Shown here piece by piece: positions 1 through 10,904 of a stretch of DNA of 64,000 nucleotides. Source of the stretch: Acidobacteriota bacterium. GTDB taxonomy: Bacteria; Acidobacteriota; UBA4820; DSQY01. Position 1 is the first letter of the stretch. The number at the start of each line of letters is the position of its first letter. A program made the translations under genes and the position numbers. The stretch covers positions 78,521-142,520 of the forward strand of contig JBMFSH010000004.1 in assembly GCA_049967655.1 (NCBI GenBank), in the 5' to 3' direction. The notes under the pieces are model-generated. The model searched no databases. It was not told the origin of the DNA and was given only the letters and a program-made list of their open reading frames with translations.

Positions 1-335
1 CGCTCCTTGAAGAGGTACTTGATGCTGTGCTTGTAGACGAGCAGGTTGGGTTCGTTCAGCCGGTGCACCTTGATGCAATCCCGGTCGTACCACTCGATCC
101 AGCCCCTCAGCTCCTCCCCGTCGGTCAGGACGATGATCATGGGGGTCTTGCTGCCCATCTGTTTCAGGTAGTAGAAGTTCTCGGCGTTGGTCTGCTCGGG
201 CGGCACCTGTTTGCGGCGGGCGGGCACGAAGGCGCCGGAGGCCGGGGCCGGCTCCTCCTCTTTCTCCTCGCGGGGCTCCCGCCGGGCGGTCTTATAGTCA
301 CGCAGATTGGGACGGATGAGCTTGCGGTCTGGCAT
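1..335 (-). CDS. Hfq/Lsm-fold RNA chaperone-like protein (Acidobacteria-type paralogue), 3' end runs off the window
   Basis: Not in the ORF track. Manual translation: [11 protein letters not shown]...[67 protein letters not shown]. Sm1-like (L.DGEELRG.I..YD) and Sm2 (LVYKHSI, cf. Hfq YKHAI) motifs. AAGGAG RBS upstream of the ATG at 335. Confidence 0.75.
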   Translation of the reverse strand, partial: MPDRKLIRPNLRDYKTARREPREEKEEEPAPASGAFVPARRKQVPPEQTNAENFYYLKQMGSKTPMIIVLTDGEELRGWIEWYDRDCIKVHRLNEPNLLVYKHSIKYLFKE

Positions 336-353
336 GGGAGGCTCCTTGCCGCG

Positions 354-1034
354 CTATTCTTCGGCAGGCGATGGCGTGGGGCCCTTCTTGCGCGCCGGAC
401 ATTCGTAGCGGAGGCAGCACATGAGCCGGCCGCATCGGCCGGAGATCTTCACGGGATTCAGGCTCAGACCCTGCTCCTTGGCCAGCCTGATCGTGATGGG
501 ATAGAACTGCTGGAGGTGGGCGGTGCAGCAGAGGGGCTGCCCGCAGTGGCCGTAGCCGCCCAGGCTCTTGGCCTCGTCGCGGACCCCCACCTGGCGCATT
601 TCGATTCGCATCCGGTATTGGTGGGCCAGGATCCGGACCAGCTCCCGGAAATCCACGCGGTTTTCCGACGTGTAGACAAAAAGCAGGCGGCTCTCGTCGA
701 AGAACACGTGGGCGTAGACGAGCTTCATCTCCAGGCGCAGGGTTCGGGCCTGGTCCCGGCAGAAGAGGAAGGCTTCGCGTTCGAGCTGGCGGTGGCGCTG
801 GCGCCGTTTGATGTCCTCCTCCGTGGCCACGCGGACGAAGGGGACCACCTGCTCGCTCGTGAGGTAATCGCGAAGGAACCCCCTGGCCTCCAGCACCTCC
901 GCGAAGGCGGCGCCCTGTTCGGTCTGAACGACGCAGGCCGAGGGCCGCAGAATGGGAGGGCCGTCCCACTGCGCATAACACGGCCTGGCTTGGTTCTCGA
1001 TCTGGACCTGGTAGAGGCTCATGGGTGGATCCAC
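354..1034 (-). CDS. PSP1-domain protein (RicT/YaaT family)
   Basis: RVDFRELVR..RIEMRQVGVRDEAKSLGG.G.CGQPLCC and SLNPVKISGRCGRLMCCLRYE motifs. Alternative start ATG at 1022. Confidence 0.85.
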   Translation of the reverse strand: MDPPMSLYQVQIENQARPCYAQWDGPPILRPSACVVQTEQGAAFAEVLEARGFLRDYLTSEQVVPFVRVATEEDIKRRQRHRQLEREAFLFCRDQARTLRLEMKLVYAHVFFDESRLLFVYTSENRVDFRELVRILAHQYRMRIEMRQVGVRDEAKSLGGYGHCGQPLCCTAHLQQFYPITIRLAKEQGLSLNPVKISGRCGRLMCCLRYECPARKKGPTPSPAEE

Positions 1035-1224
1035 CCCCTCCGTCTAAGGGCGTACGATAGGGCACCGGCGCTCCCAAAGTCAAGGTTGTGCGGGACCAAG
1101 CCGGGAGTTCTGGCCAGCACCCCCGGTGCCCTGCCCCTCTAGCGCCGGCCGGCCGGATGGGGGGGGGGCGAAAAGATGGGCATATCCCCCACCGCCCGTC
1201 CCGCCTTCTCCCGCGGGTTTTCCC

Positions 1225-2226
1225 CTACTCTCCTCTCTTGGCCTTGCCCCGGCGGGCGGTCGCGGGCTGCGGCGGGGGCGTTTCGAGAAAAGCCCCCATG
1301 GTCCGGAACTTCTCGTAGCGCCTGGCGAGGAGGGCCTCTCCGTCCATCGCCGCGAGCTCCTCCAACTGCTCCGCCCACAGGGCGCCCAGCCGATCGTAGA
1401 CCTCCTGGGGAGCCACGTGGGCCCCGCCGAGCGGCTCCTCCACCACCCGGTCGATGAGCCCGAACTCCAGGAGATCGGGAGCGGTGAGCTTGAGAGCCGC
1501 CGCCGCGGTCTCGGCCTGAGTGGCGTCCTTCCAGAGGATCGCGGCACAGCCCTCGGGCGAGATGACGGAGTAGATCGAATGCTGGAGCATGTTGATCCGG
1601 TCGCCGATGCCGAGGGCCAGGGCGCCGCCGCTGCCCCCTTCCCCGGTCACCGTCACGAGGATGGGGACGCGGAGCCTCGACATGACCTCCAGGTTGACGG
1701 CGATGGCCTCCGCCTGGCCCCGCTCCTCGGCGTCCATGCCCGGATAGGCGCCTGGCGTGTCGATGAGCGTGAGGATGGGCAAGCGGAACCGCTCGGCCAT
1801 CCGCATGATCCTCAGCGCCTTTCGATAGCCGTCGGGCCTCGGCATGCCGAAGTTCCGGTAGATCTTCTGCTTCGTGTCTCGGCCCTTCTGGTGGCCCACC
1901 ACGCAGACGGGACGGCCCCGGAAGCGCCCGAACCCGGCGATGATGGCGGGATCGTCGGAGAAGCAGCGGTCTCCGTGGAGCTCCACGAAATCGGTGATGA
2001 GGGCCTGGAGGTAGTCCTGGGTGTAGGGGCGCTGCGGATGCCTAGCTATCTGCACCACCTGCCACGGGGTCAGATTGGAAAAGACCTCCTTGCGGACCTT
2101 CTCAAGCTTCTTCTGGAGGGCGGCCAGCTCCTTCTCTTTGCCGTGCCCCTCCCCGAAGAGCATCAGACTCTCGATCTGGGCTTCAAGCTCCAGGATGGGC
2201 CGTTCGAAGTCGCGGGCGTCCTTCAT
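1225..2226 (-). CDS. accA: Acetyl-CoA carboxylase carboxyltransferase alpha subunit
   Basis: [35 protein letters not shown] motifs. ATG at 2226 overlaps the dnaE stop (ATGA). Confidence 0.95.
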   Translation of the reverse strand: MKDARDFERPILELEAQIESLMLFGEGHGKEKELAALQKKLEKVRKEVFSNLTPWQVVQIARHPQRPYTQDYLQALITDFVELHGDRCFSDDPAIIAGFGRFRGRPVCVVGHQKGRDTKQKIYRNFGMPRPDGYRKALRIMRMAERFRLPILTLIDTPGAYPGMDAEERGQAEAIAVNLEVMSRLRVPILVTVTGEGGSGGALALGIGDRINMLQHSIYSVISPEGCAAILWKDATQAETAAAALKLTAPDLLEFGLIDRVVEEPLGGAHVAPQEVYDRLGALWAEQLEELAAMDGEALLARRYEKFRTMGAFLETPPPQPATARRGKAKRGE

Positions 2227-5200
2227 GCTCTCCTCTCCCTGCCCTTGCCGTTCGCGGGGCGGAACAGGTACTGCACCCTTCCTCTCCCGAGGGCCGCCTC
2301 CAAATCCGCCAGCAGGCCCGCGCCCGCCGAGACCTGGCATAGGTTGCCCAGGAGGAGGCGCGTCACCGCCCGGCCCGGCTCCACCACGTCCATGTAGACG
2401 GGCAGCTTGCCCTTGTGGCGCCCCAGCAAGCCCTCCAGCTCCAAGAGCCAGTCCTCCTCGCAGAGGGTAGAGGGAACGCGCACCAGGAGCCCCACCGCCT
2501 TCGGTTCCAGCTCGGCGTCGGCCTGGTCCAAGGGTACCACGGCGGTGGCGATGACCTTTACCTTCTGCTCCTCCCGCGTGGCCCGGCCCACCACCAGGAG
2601 CGGCCGGTCCTTCACGACCCGCTCGTGGTAGGCCTGGAAGGTGTCGGAGAAGAGGAGCACCTCCGCCCTGGCCTCCAGGTCTTCGATCGTCGCCAGCCCG
2701 TACATTTCCCCCTTGCTCTTGCTTTTCCGCTGGTGCCAGGCGCTGACGACCCCTCCCACCGTGACCTCCGTGGGCTCCGAGATGGTGGAGAGCTCCGACA
2801 GGCTGTGTGAAGCGTACCGCCGCAGCACCTCCTCCTGCTCCATGAGGGGATGTCCGGAGAGGTAGAACCCAAGGCTCTCCTTCTCCCGGCTGAATTTCTC
2901 CATGTCCCGCCAAGGCTCACCCTTGACGTAGGCCTCGGCCTGGGGCGAGGCCTCCTCCTCGCCGAAGAGGCCAGCCTGCCCGCGGGCCTTGTCGGTCTGG
3001 GACCGCGCCGCGCCGGACATGGCGGCCTCGATGGAGGCGAAGAGGTCCCACCGGGGGACGTTGAAGCAGTCCATGGCCCCCGACTGGATCAGGTTTTCCA
3101 GCACGCGCTTGTTCACGTGGAACCGGTCCACCTCCCGGCAGAACTGGAAGAGGTCCGCGAAGGAGCCCACCCGCCGCCGGGCCTCCAGGATCGCCTCCAC
3201 AGAGGAGAGCCCCACGTTCTTGATGGCCGAGAGGCCGTAGCGGATCGCCTCGCCTTCGATGCTAAAGCTCTCCTCGCTCCGGTTCACGTCCGGCGGCAGG
3301 AGCCGGATCCCCATCTCCCGGCTGGAATTCATGTACTTGAGGATCTCGTCCGTGTTCTCGGCCCAGGCCGAGAGCATGGCGGCCATGAAGTGGATGGGGA
3401 AGTGGGCCTTGAGGAAGGCCGTTTGGAAGGCCACGAGGGCGTACGCCGCCGAGTGGGACTTGTTGAAGCCGTAGCGCCCGAAAGTCTCCATGTTGTCGAA
3501 GAGCTCGGAGGCTTTCCGGGGATCCACCTGGCGTTCCTTGCAGCCCGCGAGGAACAGCTCGCGCTGGTGCTGCATGGCCGCCGAGTCCTTCTTGGACATG
3601 GCCTTGCGCAGGGTGTCGGCCTGGCCCAGGGTGAAGCCCGCCAGGCGGTGCGCGATGAGCATCACCTGCTCCTGGTAGACGATCACTCCGAGGGTCTCCT
3701 TCAGGATGGGCTCCACCTCGGGCACCGGGTAGGTGACCTTGTTCCGCCCGTGGGCGCGGGCGATGTACTCGGTGATCATGCCCGCGTCGAGGGGGCCCGG
3801 ACGGTAGAGGGCGTTGAGCACGATGAGGTCCTCGAAACGCTGCGGCTTCAGGCGCCTGAGGATGTCCTTCATACCGCCGGATTCGAACTGGAACACCCCG
3901 TCCGTGTCTCCCCGGCCGAAGAGATCGAGGGTGGCCTTGTCGTCAAGCGGGACGGCGGCGAGATCGGGCGGTTCCTGACCCGACCGGCGGATGAGCTGCA
4001 GGGCGTCGTCGAGGATCGTGAGGGTGCGCAGGCCGAGGAAGTCCATCTTGAGGAGCCCCAGGGCCTCGATCTCGTCCTTGCTGTACTGGGTGGTGATGTC
4101 CTCCTTCCCTCCGCTTCCCCGGTGCAGCGGAAGGAACTCGGTGATGGGCCTGGGGGCGATCACCACTCCGGCGGCGTGGGTCGAGGCGTGCCGCGTGAGC
4201 CCCTCCAGGCGCTCGGCGATCTGAAGCACCTCCCGAACCTCGGCGTCCGTCTCGTGGAGGCTCTTGAGCTGGGGCGACAGCTTGAGGGCTCCCTCGATGG
4301 TGACCCCGAGCTCCTCCGGCACGAGCTTGGCCACCCGGTCCACCTTGTCCAGGGGGACGGCCAGGGCCCGGCCCACGTCCCGGATGGCTAGGCGCGCCTT
4401 CATCTCTCCGAAGGTGATGATCTGGGCCACGTTCTCCCGGCCGTACTTCTCGGTGACGTACTCGATGACCTGCCCCCTGCCCCGGATGCAGAAGTCGATG
4501 TCGATATCGGGCATGGAGATGCGCTCGGGGTTGAGGAAGCGCTCGAAGAGAAGGCCGTATTTCAGGGGGTCGATGTCCGTAATGCCCATGCAGTAGGAGA
4601 CGAAAGAGCCGGCCGCGCTCCCGCGGCCCGGGCCCACCGGAATGCCCCGGTCCTTGGCGTAGCGGATGAAGTCCCAGACGATCAGGAAGTAGCCCGCCAG
4701 ATCCATCTTCTGGATCAGATCCAGCTCCCGGTGCAGGCGCTCCTCGTAGTCCTCCCTGGAGTGGGCCCCCGCCCGGCCGAGAAGCCCCTGGGCCAGCCGC
4801 CGCTCGAAGCCTTCGCGGGCCACCTTCATGAAGTACGAGTTGAGGGTCTCCCCCTCCGGGACCCTGAAGACGGGGTAATGCTTGGAGCCCGTGTCGAAGA
4901 CGAAGTGGCAGCGCTTGGCGATGGCGAGCGTGTTCTCCAGCGCCTGGGGCAGGTGGCCGAAGCGCTCCCACATCTCGGCGGGGCTCTTGAGGTAGTGCTC
5001 CGGGCTGTAGGCCATCTTGCCGCTTCGCTCCCGCTCCTCCCGCGTGGTCTTGGTCTGGATGCAGAGGAGGATGTTGTGGGCCTCGAAGTCGTCCTTCTTC
5101 AGGAAGTGCACGTCGTTGGTGGCCACCAGGGGGATGCCCGTCTCCTGGGACATCTCCACGAGCTGCCGGTTCACCTCGGCCTGCTCGGGCAGCCCCTGGT

Positions 5201-5747
5201 CCTGCAGCTCGAGGAAGAAGTTCCCCTCCCCGAAGATCTCCCTGAACTCCAGCGCCGATCGGAGGGCCTCCTCGGGCTTGCCCCTCAGCAGGTTTTGGGG
5301 CACCTCGCCGCCCAAACAGGCGGAGAGGCAGATGAGCCCCTCGTGGTGCTCGCGCAGGAGCTCCTTGTCGATGCGGGGCTTGTACTGGAACCCTTCGAGG
5401 AAGGCGGCCGTGGCCAGCCGGCAGAGGTTGTGGTACCCCTTTTCGTTCTCGCACAGCAGGATGAGGTGGGAATAGGGCCGCCTGCCGCCGCCAGAGGCCA
5501 TGGTGTCCTGGTCGAAGCGGGAGTTGGGCGCCAGGTAGGCCTCACAGCCGATGACCGGCCGGAGGCCGGCCTTGGAGGCCTTCTTGAAGAATTTCACGGC
5601 ACCGAAGAGGTTCCCGTGGTCGGTGATGCCCAGGGCCGGCGCCTTCTGCGCCACCGCCTGCTCCACCAGGTCATCAAGCCGGCAGGCGCCGTCGAGCAGC
5701 GAGTACTGCGTGTGCAGGTGAAGGTGCACGAACGGCCTATCGGTCAT
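2223..5747 (-). CDS. dnaE: DNA polymerase III alpha subunit
   Basis: PHP domain [46 protein letters not shown]. Start reset to MTDRPF at 5747. Confidence 0.96.
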   Translation of the reverse strand: MTDRPFVHLHLHTQYSLLDGACRLDDLVEQAVAQKAPALGITDHGNLFGAVKFFKKASKAGLRPVIGCEAYLAPNSRFDQDTMASGGGRRPYSHLILLCENEKGYHNLCRLATAAFLEGFQYKPRIDKELLREHHEGLICLSACLGGEVPQNLLRGKPEEALRSALEFREIFGEGNFFLELQDQGLPEQAEVNRQLVEMSQETGIPLVATNDVHFLKKDDFEAHNILLCIQTKTTREERERSGKMAYSPEHYLKSPAEMWERFGHLPQALENTLAIAKRCHFVFDTGSKHYPVFRVPEGETLNSYFMKVAREGFERRLAQGLLGRAGAHSREDYEERLHRELDLIQKMDLAGYFLIVWDFIRYAKDRGIPVGPGRGSAAGSFVSYCMGITDIDPLKYGLLFERFLNPERISMPDIDIDFCIRGRGQVIEYVTEKYGRENVAQIITFGEMKARLAIRDVGRALAVPLDKVDRVAKLVPEELGVTIEGALKLSPQLKSLHETDAEVREVLQIAERLEGLTRHASTHAAGVVIAPRPITEFLPLHRGSGGKEDITTQYSKDEIEALGLLKMDFLGLRTLTILDDALQLIRRSGQEPPDLAAVPLDDKATLDLFGRGDTDGVFQFESGGMKDILRRLKPQRFEDLIVLNALYRPGPLDAGMITEYIARAHGRNKVTYPVPEVEPILKETLGVIVYQEQVMLIAHRLAGFTLGQADTLRKAMSKKDSAAMQHQRELFLAGCKERQVDPRKASELFDNMETFGRYGFNKSHSAAYALVAFQTAFLKAHFPIHFMAAMLSAWAENTDEILKYMNSSREMGIRLLPPDVNRSEESFSIEGEAIRYGLSAIKNVGLSSVEAILEARRRVGSFADLFQFCREVDRFHVNKRVLENLIQSGAMDCFNVPRWDLFASIEAAMSGAARSQTDKARGQAGLFGEEEASPQAEAYVKGEPWRDMEKFSREKESLGFYLSGHPLMEQEEVLRRYASHSLSELSTISEPTEVTVGGVVSAWHQRKSKSKGEMYGLATIEDLEARAEVLLFSDTFQAYHERVVKDRPLLVVGRATREEQKVKVIATAVVPLDQADAELEPKAVGLLVRVPSTLCEEDWLLELEGLLGRHKGKLPVYMDVVEPGRAVTRLLLGNLCQVSAGAGLLADLEAALGRGRVQYLFRPANGKGRERRA

Positions 5748-5768
5748 GGCACCCCTTTCGGAGAGAGC

Positions 5769-5874
5769 CGGGGAACCAGGGAGCCAGAGAGTCAGGGATA
5801 AGGACGCGGGGAGGTCTGTGCATTCGTTTTGGGGACGAGGTTCTTCCCTGCTTCCCTGTTTCCCTGCCTCCCTG
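5769..5874. repeat. Two oppositely oriented arrays of degenerate 8-bp repeats (CAGGGAnn x4 and nnTCCCTG x4)
   Basis: cggggaac cagggagc cagagagt cagggata (5769-5800) and cttccctg cttccctg tttccctg cctccctg (5843-5874), in the guaA-dnaE spacer. Confidence 0.7.
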
Positions 5875-5894
5875 TGTCTGTCGCAACGAGGCAC

Positions 5895-7436
5895 CTATTC
5901 CCATTCAATGGTCCCCGGCGGCTTGCTGGTGACGTCGTACACCACGCGGTTCACGCCGCGCACCTCGTTGACGATTCGAGCCGCCACGCGGGAGAGAAAG
6001 TCGGGCTCGAACCGGTACCAGTCCGCCGTCATGAAGTCCTGGGTCGTGACCGCCCGCAGAGCCACCACGCGGTCGTAAGTGCGGCCGTCCCCCATGACAC
6101 CCACGGTCCGCACCGGCAGAAGCACGGCGAAGGCCTGGGCGATCTCGTCGTAGAGCCCCGCCGCCCGGATCTCCTCCAAGAAGATGGCATCGGCCTCCTG
6201 CAGGATCGCCACCTCCTCGCGGCAGACCTCCCCCAGGATGCGGACCGCCAGTCCGGGGCCGGGAAAGGGCTGGCGCCGGACGAAGACCTCGTCCAGCCCG
6301 AGCAGCCTTCCGAGGGTCCGGACCTCATCTTTGAAGAGGTCCCGCAGGGGCTCCACCACCTCCATGCGCATCCGCTCGGGAAGGCCGCCCACGTTGTGGT
6401 GGCTCTTGATGACGGAGGCCGCACCCGACACCGCGGCCGACTCGATGCGGTCGGGGTAGATGGTGCCCTGGGCCAGGAAGCGGATCTCGCCGAGGGCCGA
6501 GGCCTCCTCCTCGAAGACCTCGATGAAGGCGCGTCCCACGGCCTTCCGCTTGGCCTCCGGGTCGGACACGCCCTGAAGGGCCCGGAAGAAGCGCGCCGAG
6601 GCGTCCACCGAGCGGAGCTTGAGGTGGAACTTCCGCGCGAAGCTCTCCTCTACGAGCCGGGCTTCATCCTTGCGCAGCAGCCCGTGGTCGATGAAGAGCA
6701 GGTCGAGCTGGTCACCCACGGCGCGGTGGAGGAGCAGCGCCATGACGGAGGAGTCCACACCGCCCGAGATGGCGCAGAGCACCCGCTCCTTCCCCACGCG
6801 GGCTCGAAGGTCGGCGCAGGCTGTGGCCACGAAGGAGTCCATGCTCCAATCCCCCTTCGCTCCGCACGCCCCGTAGAGGAAGTTCCTGAGCATGGCCGTG
6901 CCGTGGGGAGTGTGGGTCACCTCGGGGTGGAACTGGATACCGTAAAGGCGCTGGTGCGGCTCCTCCATGGCGGCCACGGGCGCCTCCACGCTGGAGCCGG
7001 CCACCCGAAAACCTGGCGGTAGGCGGGCTACCCTGTCTCCGTGGCTCATCCACACGGTCTCGGACTCGGGAAGGCCTTGAAAGAGCAGGCAGGCGCCGTC
7101 TCCCTTGAATTGGGCGGGACCGTACTCCCGCCGGTCGCCGGGAACCACATCCCCGCCCAGCCGCCGCGCGAGCCACTGCATTCCGTAGCAGATCCCCAGG
7201 ACGGGCACCCCCAGCTCCAGCAGGCGAGGGTCCGGGCTGGGCGCCCCCACGGCGTACACCGACTGGGGGCCTCCCGAGAGGATCACGCCGATGGGGCCGA
7301 AGGAGCGGATCGCCTCCGCGGGCAGGCTGTAGGGCTCCACCTCGCAGTAGACCCCGAGCTCGCGGACGCGCCGGGCGATGAGCTGGGTCGTCTGGGACCC
7401 GCAATCGAGGATGAGGAGCTTCTGGCCAGCGTGCAT
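5895..7436 (-). CDS. guaA: GMP synthase (glutamine-hydrolysing)
   Basis: GICYGMQ, QFHPEV, SGGVDS, IKSHHNVGG, SKPPGTIEWE. Confidence 0.97.
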   Translation of the reverse strand: MHAGQKLLILDCGSQTTQLIARRVRELGVYCEVEPYSLPAEAIRSFGPIGVILSGGPQSVYAVGAPSPDPRLLELGVPVLGICYGMQWLARRLGGDVVPGDRREYGPAQFKGDGACLLFQGLPESETVWMSHGDRVARLPPGFRVAGSSVEAPVAAMEEPHQRLYGIQFHPEVTHTPHGTAMLRNFLYGACGAKGDWSMDSFVATACADLRARVGKERVLCAISGGVDSSVMALLLHRAVGDQLDLLFIDHGLLRKDEARLVEESFARKFHLKLRSVDASARFFRALQGVSDPEAKRKAVGRAFIEVFEEEASALGEIRFLAQGTIYPDRIESAAVSGAASVIKSHHNVGGLPERMRMEVVEPLRDLFKDEVRTLGRLLGLDEVFVRRQPFPGPGLAVRILGEVCREEVAILQEADAIFLEEIRAAGLYDEIAQAFAVLLPVRTVGVMGDGRTYDRVVALRAVTTQDFMTADWYRFEPDFLSRVAARIVNEVRGVNRVVYDVTSKPPGTIEWE

Positions 7437-7508
7437 GCTATGACCTTTTCCTGGAGGTTGGAGTATAGCCCGTCAGCACCGCTCCCCTCAAGACGGCGGC
7501 TTTGCCCC

Positions 7509-8612
7509 TCAGGAGGACGCCACCCCGCCGCTCCTCAGCCACTCCCGGAGCGCCTCCAGGAGGGCCGCCGGCTCCTTGGTGCTTCCCAGCGCTCCGCGCA
7601 GTGAGGCGGCTCCCGCCATGCCCGCGGTGTACTTGCCGAGAAAGCTCTTCATGCGGTGGAGGGCCAGGCCCGGGGGCCCCAGGGCGAGCAGCTCCTCGAA
7701 GTGGCCCAGGATGAGCCGAGAACGCTCCTCGAAGGAGGGCTGGCCGTAGGATCCCGTGCCCGCCAGCTCCTCGATCTGCCGGAATATCCAAGGGTTCTTC
7801 ACGGCGGCCCGGCCCACCATGAGGCCGTCGCATCCCGTCCGGCGCCAAAGGGACAGGGCCTGCGCGGGGTCCCGGATATCGCCGTTGCCCACCACGGGGA
7901 TCGAGACCGCCGCCTTGAGCTGAGCCACCCGCCCCCAGTCCGCCTCCCCCGAGTAGCCCTGCCTCCGCGTGCGGGCGTGGAGGGCGAGGCCGGCCACCCC
8001 CTCCGCCTCCAGCGCCCGCGCCACCTCCAGAAAGGTCATCTCGCTCTCGGACCAGCCCAGCCTCATCTTGACCGTCACCGGAAGGGAGACGGCCCGCACC
8101 ACCGCGCCGGCAACGCGGGCGGCCAGGGCGGGGTCCCGGAGAAGGGCCGCTCCGCAGAAGCCCTTGGTCACCTTTGAGGCCGGGCACCCCATGTTGATGT
8201 CCACCACGTCGGCACCCTCCCCCTCGCACCAGCGCGCGGCCTCGGCCATACGCTCGGGGTCGGACCCGGAGAGCTGGAGGGCGATGGGATGCTCGTCGGG
8301 AGCGATGCGGAGGTACTCCGCGGGATCGAGCCGCCCGCGAATCAGCCCCTCTGACGAGAGGATCTCGGAAACCACGAGGCCCCTGTGCCCGCAGCGGCGG
8401 ACGACCCTGCGGAAGGTGAGGTCGGTGAGACCGGCCATGGGCGCCAGTGCCAGTCCCGGAGAGACGCGCACCGGCCCCAGGCGGTAACCCGGGAGCAGGG
8501 AACGTTCGCCGGCCGGCGAGGGCGAGCCCGGCGCGCCTTCGTACCCTGAGGCCCCGGGCTGGGGATGGGGAGCGGGCGAAACGGCATGGAGGGAACAGAC
8601 GGGGGGCCGCAT
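7509..8612 (-). CDS. dusB: tRNA-dihydrouridine synthase (DusB family); start uncertain
   Basis: LAPMAG, DINMGCP, VTVKMRLGW, HARTR, GNGDI, MVGRAA motifs. Confidence 0.85.
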   Translation of the reverse strand: MRPPVCSLHAVSPAPHPQPGASGYEGAPGSPSPAGERSLLPGYRLGPVRVSPGLALAPMAGLTDLTFRRVVRRCGHRGLVVSEILSSEGLIRGRLDPAEYLRIAPDEHPIALQLSGSDPERMAEAARWCEGEGADVVDINMGCPASKVTKGFCGAALLRDPALAARVAGAVVRAVSLPVTVKMRLGWSESEMTFLEVARALEAEGVAGLALHARTRRQGYSGEADWGRVAQLKAAVSIPVVGNGDIRDPAQALSLWRRTGCDGLMVGRAAVKNPWIFRQIEELAGTGSYGQPSFEERSRLILGHFEELLALGPPGLALHRMKSFLGKYTAGMAGAASLRGALGSTKEPAALLEALREWLRSGGVASS

Positions 8613-8653
8613 CTCCTCCCGATCCGCACTCCCCAGCTTGGCGTCTTGCTGGC

Positions 8654-8911
8654 TCAATTCTCTCCGCCTTCCACGGCGAAGAACTCCCCCTCTTTGCCCT
8701 TCGGCACGGGCCGGAGGGCCTCCCGCAGGACGCGGATCCGGACCGGCGCCTCCTCCTCTTCCAGGATGGAGAGCAGATCGCCCGCCCGCACCTCCTTGCC
8801 GGGCTTGCCGGGGTGGCCGTTCACGAGCACGGCCCCGTCGAGGACCGCGGCCTTGGCCGAGGAGCGCCGCTTGACCAATCGCGTGTTCTTCAAGTAGAGG
8901 TCGAGGCGCAT
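8654..8911 (-). CDS. S4-domain RNA-binding protein (YabO/RqcP-Hsp15 family)
   Basis: MRLDLYLK..RLVKRRS.AK..V..G.VLVNG..GKPGKEV.AGD S4 motif. Confidence 0.85.
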   Translation of the reverse strand: MRLDLYLKNTRLVKRRSSAKAAVLDGAVLVNGHPGKPGKEVRAGDLLSILEEEEAPVRIRVLREALRPVPKGKEGEFFAVEGGEN

Positions 8912-9030
8912 GGCCAGTCCGAGAAGCGGCCGTTCCGCTCTCCTCCCCGGGCGGAGGGAGGAGCAAGCGTCGAGGGTCGAGCGATGAGGCAAGAGAGATC
9001 GCCCAGCGGCCTTCGATCCGCCGGCAGCGG

Positions 9031-9079
9031 CCTACCCTCTACCATCTATTTCCCTCATCCCCTGTCCCCCGTCCCTCAC
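9031..9079. repeat. Degenerate 7-bp-period pyrimidine-rich tandem repeat
   Basis: cctaccc tctacca tctattt ccctcat cccctgt cccccgt ccctcac, directly after the stop of the PPIase gene. Confidence 0.45.
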
Positions 9080-10035
9080 ACGTACTTCGGGTTGATCCGA
9101 ACGTAGTTCTGGGCCTTGAGGTTGTCGATGTACTTCTTGTACTCCTTCTGGAACTTCTCCTCCTTCAAGGCCTCGATGATCTGGTCCCTGGCCTGGTCGA
9201 GCGTGGGGACCGTCGCGTCCTTGCGGTTCTCCAGGCGGAAGAGATACCAGCCGGCGTCGGTGGGGATCAGGTCGGTCACCTCCCCGACCTTGAGCGCGAA
9301 AACCGCCTTGGCGATGGGAGCGGCCAGATCGTCGGCGGTGAACCAGCCGGCCTCCCCCTTCCTGGTCCGGGAGAAGGCCTGCGAGTACTCCTCTGCCAGG
9401 TCGCCGAAGGACTTGCCCGCCATGAACTCCTTGCGGATTTGCGCGGCGAGGGCCTCGGCCTCTTCCTTGGTGTGCCCCTGCCTGAGGATGAGGATCTCCT
9501 GGAGCTGAACCTGGGGCTTGCTCGCCAGTTGGCTCTTGTGGGTTTCGTAATAATTCTTGATCTCATCCGTGCTGATGGAGATCTTGCTCCGGATCTCCCG
9601 GCTCCGCATGAACTCCGGCACGTAGATGAGCGTGAGCTGCTTGCGGAACTCCTCCATGGTGAGGCCTTCCGATTGGAGGGCCTTGGCCAGGTCGGCCTTG
9701 GTCGCGATGTGGTTCTCCTTCATGAACTCGTCGATCTGGTTATCCACGATGGCGTCGACGTTGTAGAGCTGCTTGGCCTTCTCCACGAGGAGAAGCTCGT
9801 CCTCCATCTGCTCCAAGAGCTTCTGGGGCACCTCCTTGAGCTGCGCCTGCAGGTCGGGCCCCTTGTACTCCCGCTTGAGGCCTTCGATGGTGCTCTTCAG
9901 GCGCTGCTCGTATTCGCTGCGGGTGACGATGGCGTCGTTGACCTTGATGACGATCTCTTCCACCACCTTGGCCCGGGGCGCGGCACCGGGCAGTAGCAGG
10001 AAGAGGGCAAGGCTTAAGAGGACAAGGCGTTTCAT
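9076..10035 (-). CDS. SurA/PrsA-like parvulin peptidyl-prolyl isomerase (exported)
   Basis: Signal peptide, SurA N-terminal helical domain, rotamase motif F.DLA.EYS...GE.GW. Confidence 0.85.
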   Translation of the reverse strand: MKRLVLLSLALFLLLPGAAPRAKVVEEIVIKVNDAIVTRSEYEQRLKSTIEGLKREYKGPDLQAQLKEVPQKLLEQMEDELLLVEKAKQLYNVDAIVDNQIDEFMKENHIATKADLAKALQSEGLTMEEFRKQLTLIYVPEFMRSREIRSKISISTDEIKNYYETHKSQLASKPQVQLQEILILRQGHTKEEAEALAAQIRKEFMAGKSFGDLAEEYSQAFSRTRKGEAGWFTADDLAAPIAKAVFALKVGEVTDLIPTDAGWYLFRLENRKDATVPTLDQARDQIIEALKEEKFQKEYKKYIDNLKAQNYVRINPKYV

Positions 10036-10904
10036 GGTGTCTCCTTCTGGTACCGGAAGGGTAGTTTAGACCAAAACACCACCACCTGGAAGCGCTGGCG
10101 GAGGCTGGCCAGGTACTCCTTGAGCAGGCGGTCCCCCTTGGCGTCGCTGAGGGTGAGCCGGATCTGGGGCGCCACCTCCTCCAGGGGCAGCACGTAACTC
10201 GCGCAGCGCTGCTGCACGAGCACGATCTGGTAGAACTCGTCGGAGACGCGGATGGGCTCCGTGGGCACGCCCGGGCTCGCCTGCGCCAGCCGGTCGCGCA
10301 GGTAGTCGGGAAGCTCCGAGGATTGGAAGTACTGAGGGGCGCCCCTGTCGGGAGAGACGGAATAGAGCCGGGCCACGTCTCCGAAGCTGTGCCCCGCGCG
10401 GAGGAGCTTCTCTGCGTCCTGGGCCTGCTTCAGACCGGGAACGAGGATGGTCCTCAGGAGCACGCCCTCCCCTCGCCTGTAATCGGCCAGGTGCTGCTGG
10501 TAGTAGCGCTCCACCTCCCCGGGCAGAACGTTGATCTTGCTGTAGACGTTCTCCTCTAGCTCGGCGCCGGTCTGGTCGTCTCGAACCCTGGGATCCGAAT
10601 AGGGCCCCAAGCTCACGGGTGCGGGAGGCACGGGGCCGGTGGCCGCATCGTTCAGGATCAGGACGCTGTTCACGAGGCTGTCCCAGATCCGGCTCTGGAT
10701 GAGGGGGTCCTGGGTATCCGGCACCTGGTTGTAGGTGAGGGCGGAGGCTAGATCGCTCCGGGTGATGAAGTAGCGGCCCACGACGGCGAGGATATCGGGG
10801 TTGCGCTCCAGACGCTTCATGGGGCTGTTGGCGCAGGCGGCCAGGAGCAGCAGGAGCGCGAGGGCCGGCGAGGTCCTGCCGCAGGGAACCTTCCTCACCC
10901 CCAT
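10032..10904 (-). CDS. Second parvulin-type PPIase, probable lipoprotein
   Basis: Lipobox LLAAC and the motif SFGDVARLYS.SPD. Lies in the mfd-PPIase-PPIase arrangement with overlapping ends. Confidence 0.75.
   Translation of the reverse strand: MGVRKVPCGRTSPALALLLLLAACANSPMKRLERNPDILAVVGRYFITRSDLASALTYNQVPDTQDPLIQSRIWDSLVNSVLILNDAATGPVPPAPVSLGPYSDPRVRDDQTGAELEENVYSKINVLPGEVERYYQQHLADYRRGEGVLLRTILVPGLKQAQDAEKLLRAGHSFGDVARLYSVSPDRGAPQYFQSSELPDYLRDRLAQASPGVPTEPIRVSDEFYQIVLVQQRCASYVLPLEEVAPQIRLTLSDAKGDRLLKEYLASLRQRFQVVVFWSKLPFRYQKETP

Noticed and set aside
2223..5747. Intein in dnaE (also considered for recA)
   Set aside because: Protein lengths are normal and no intein-like insertion is visible.
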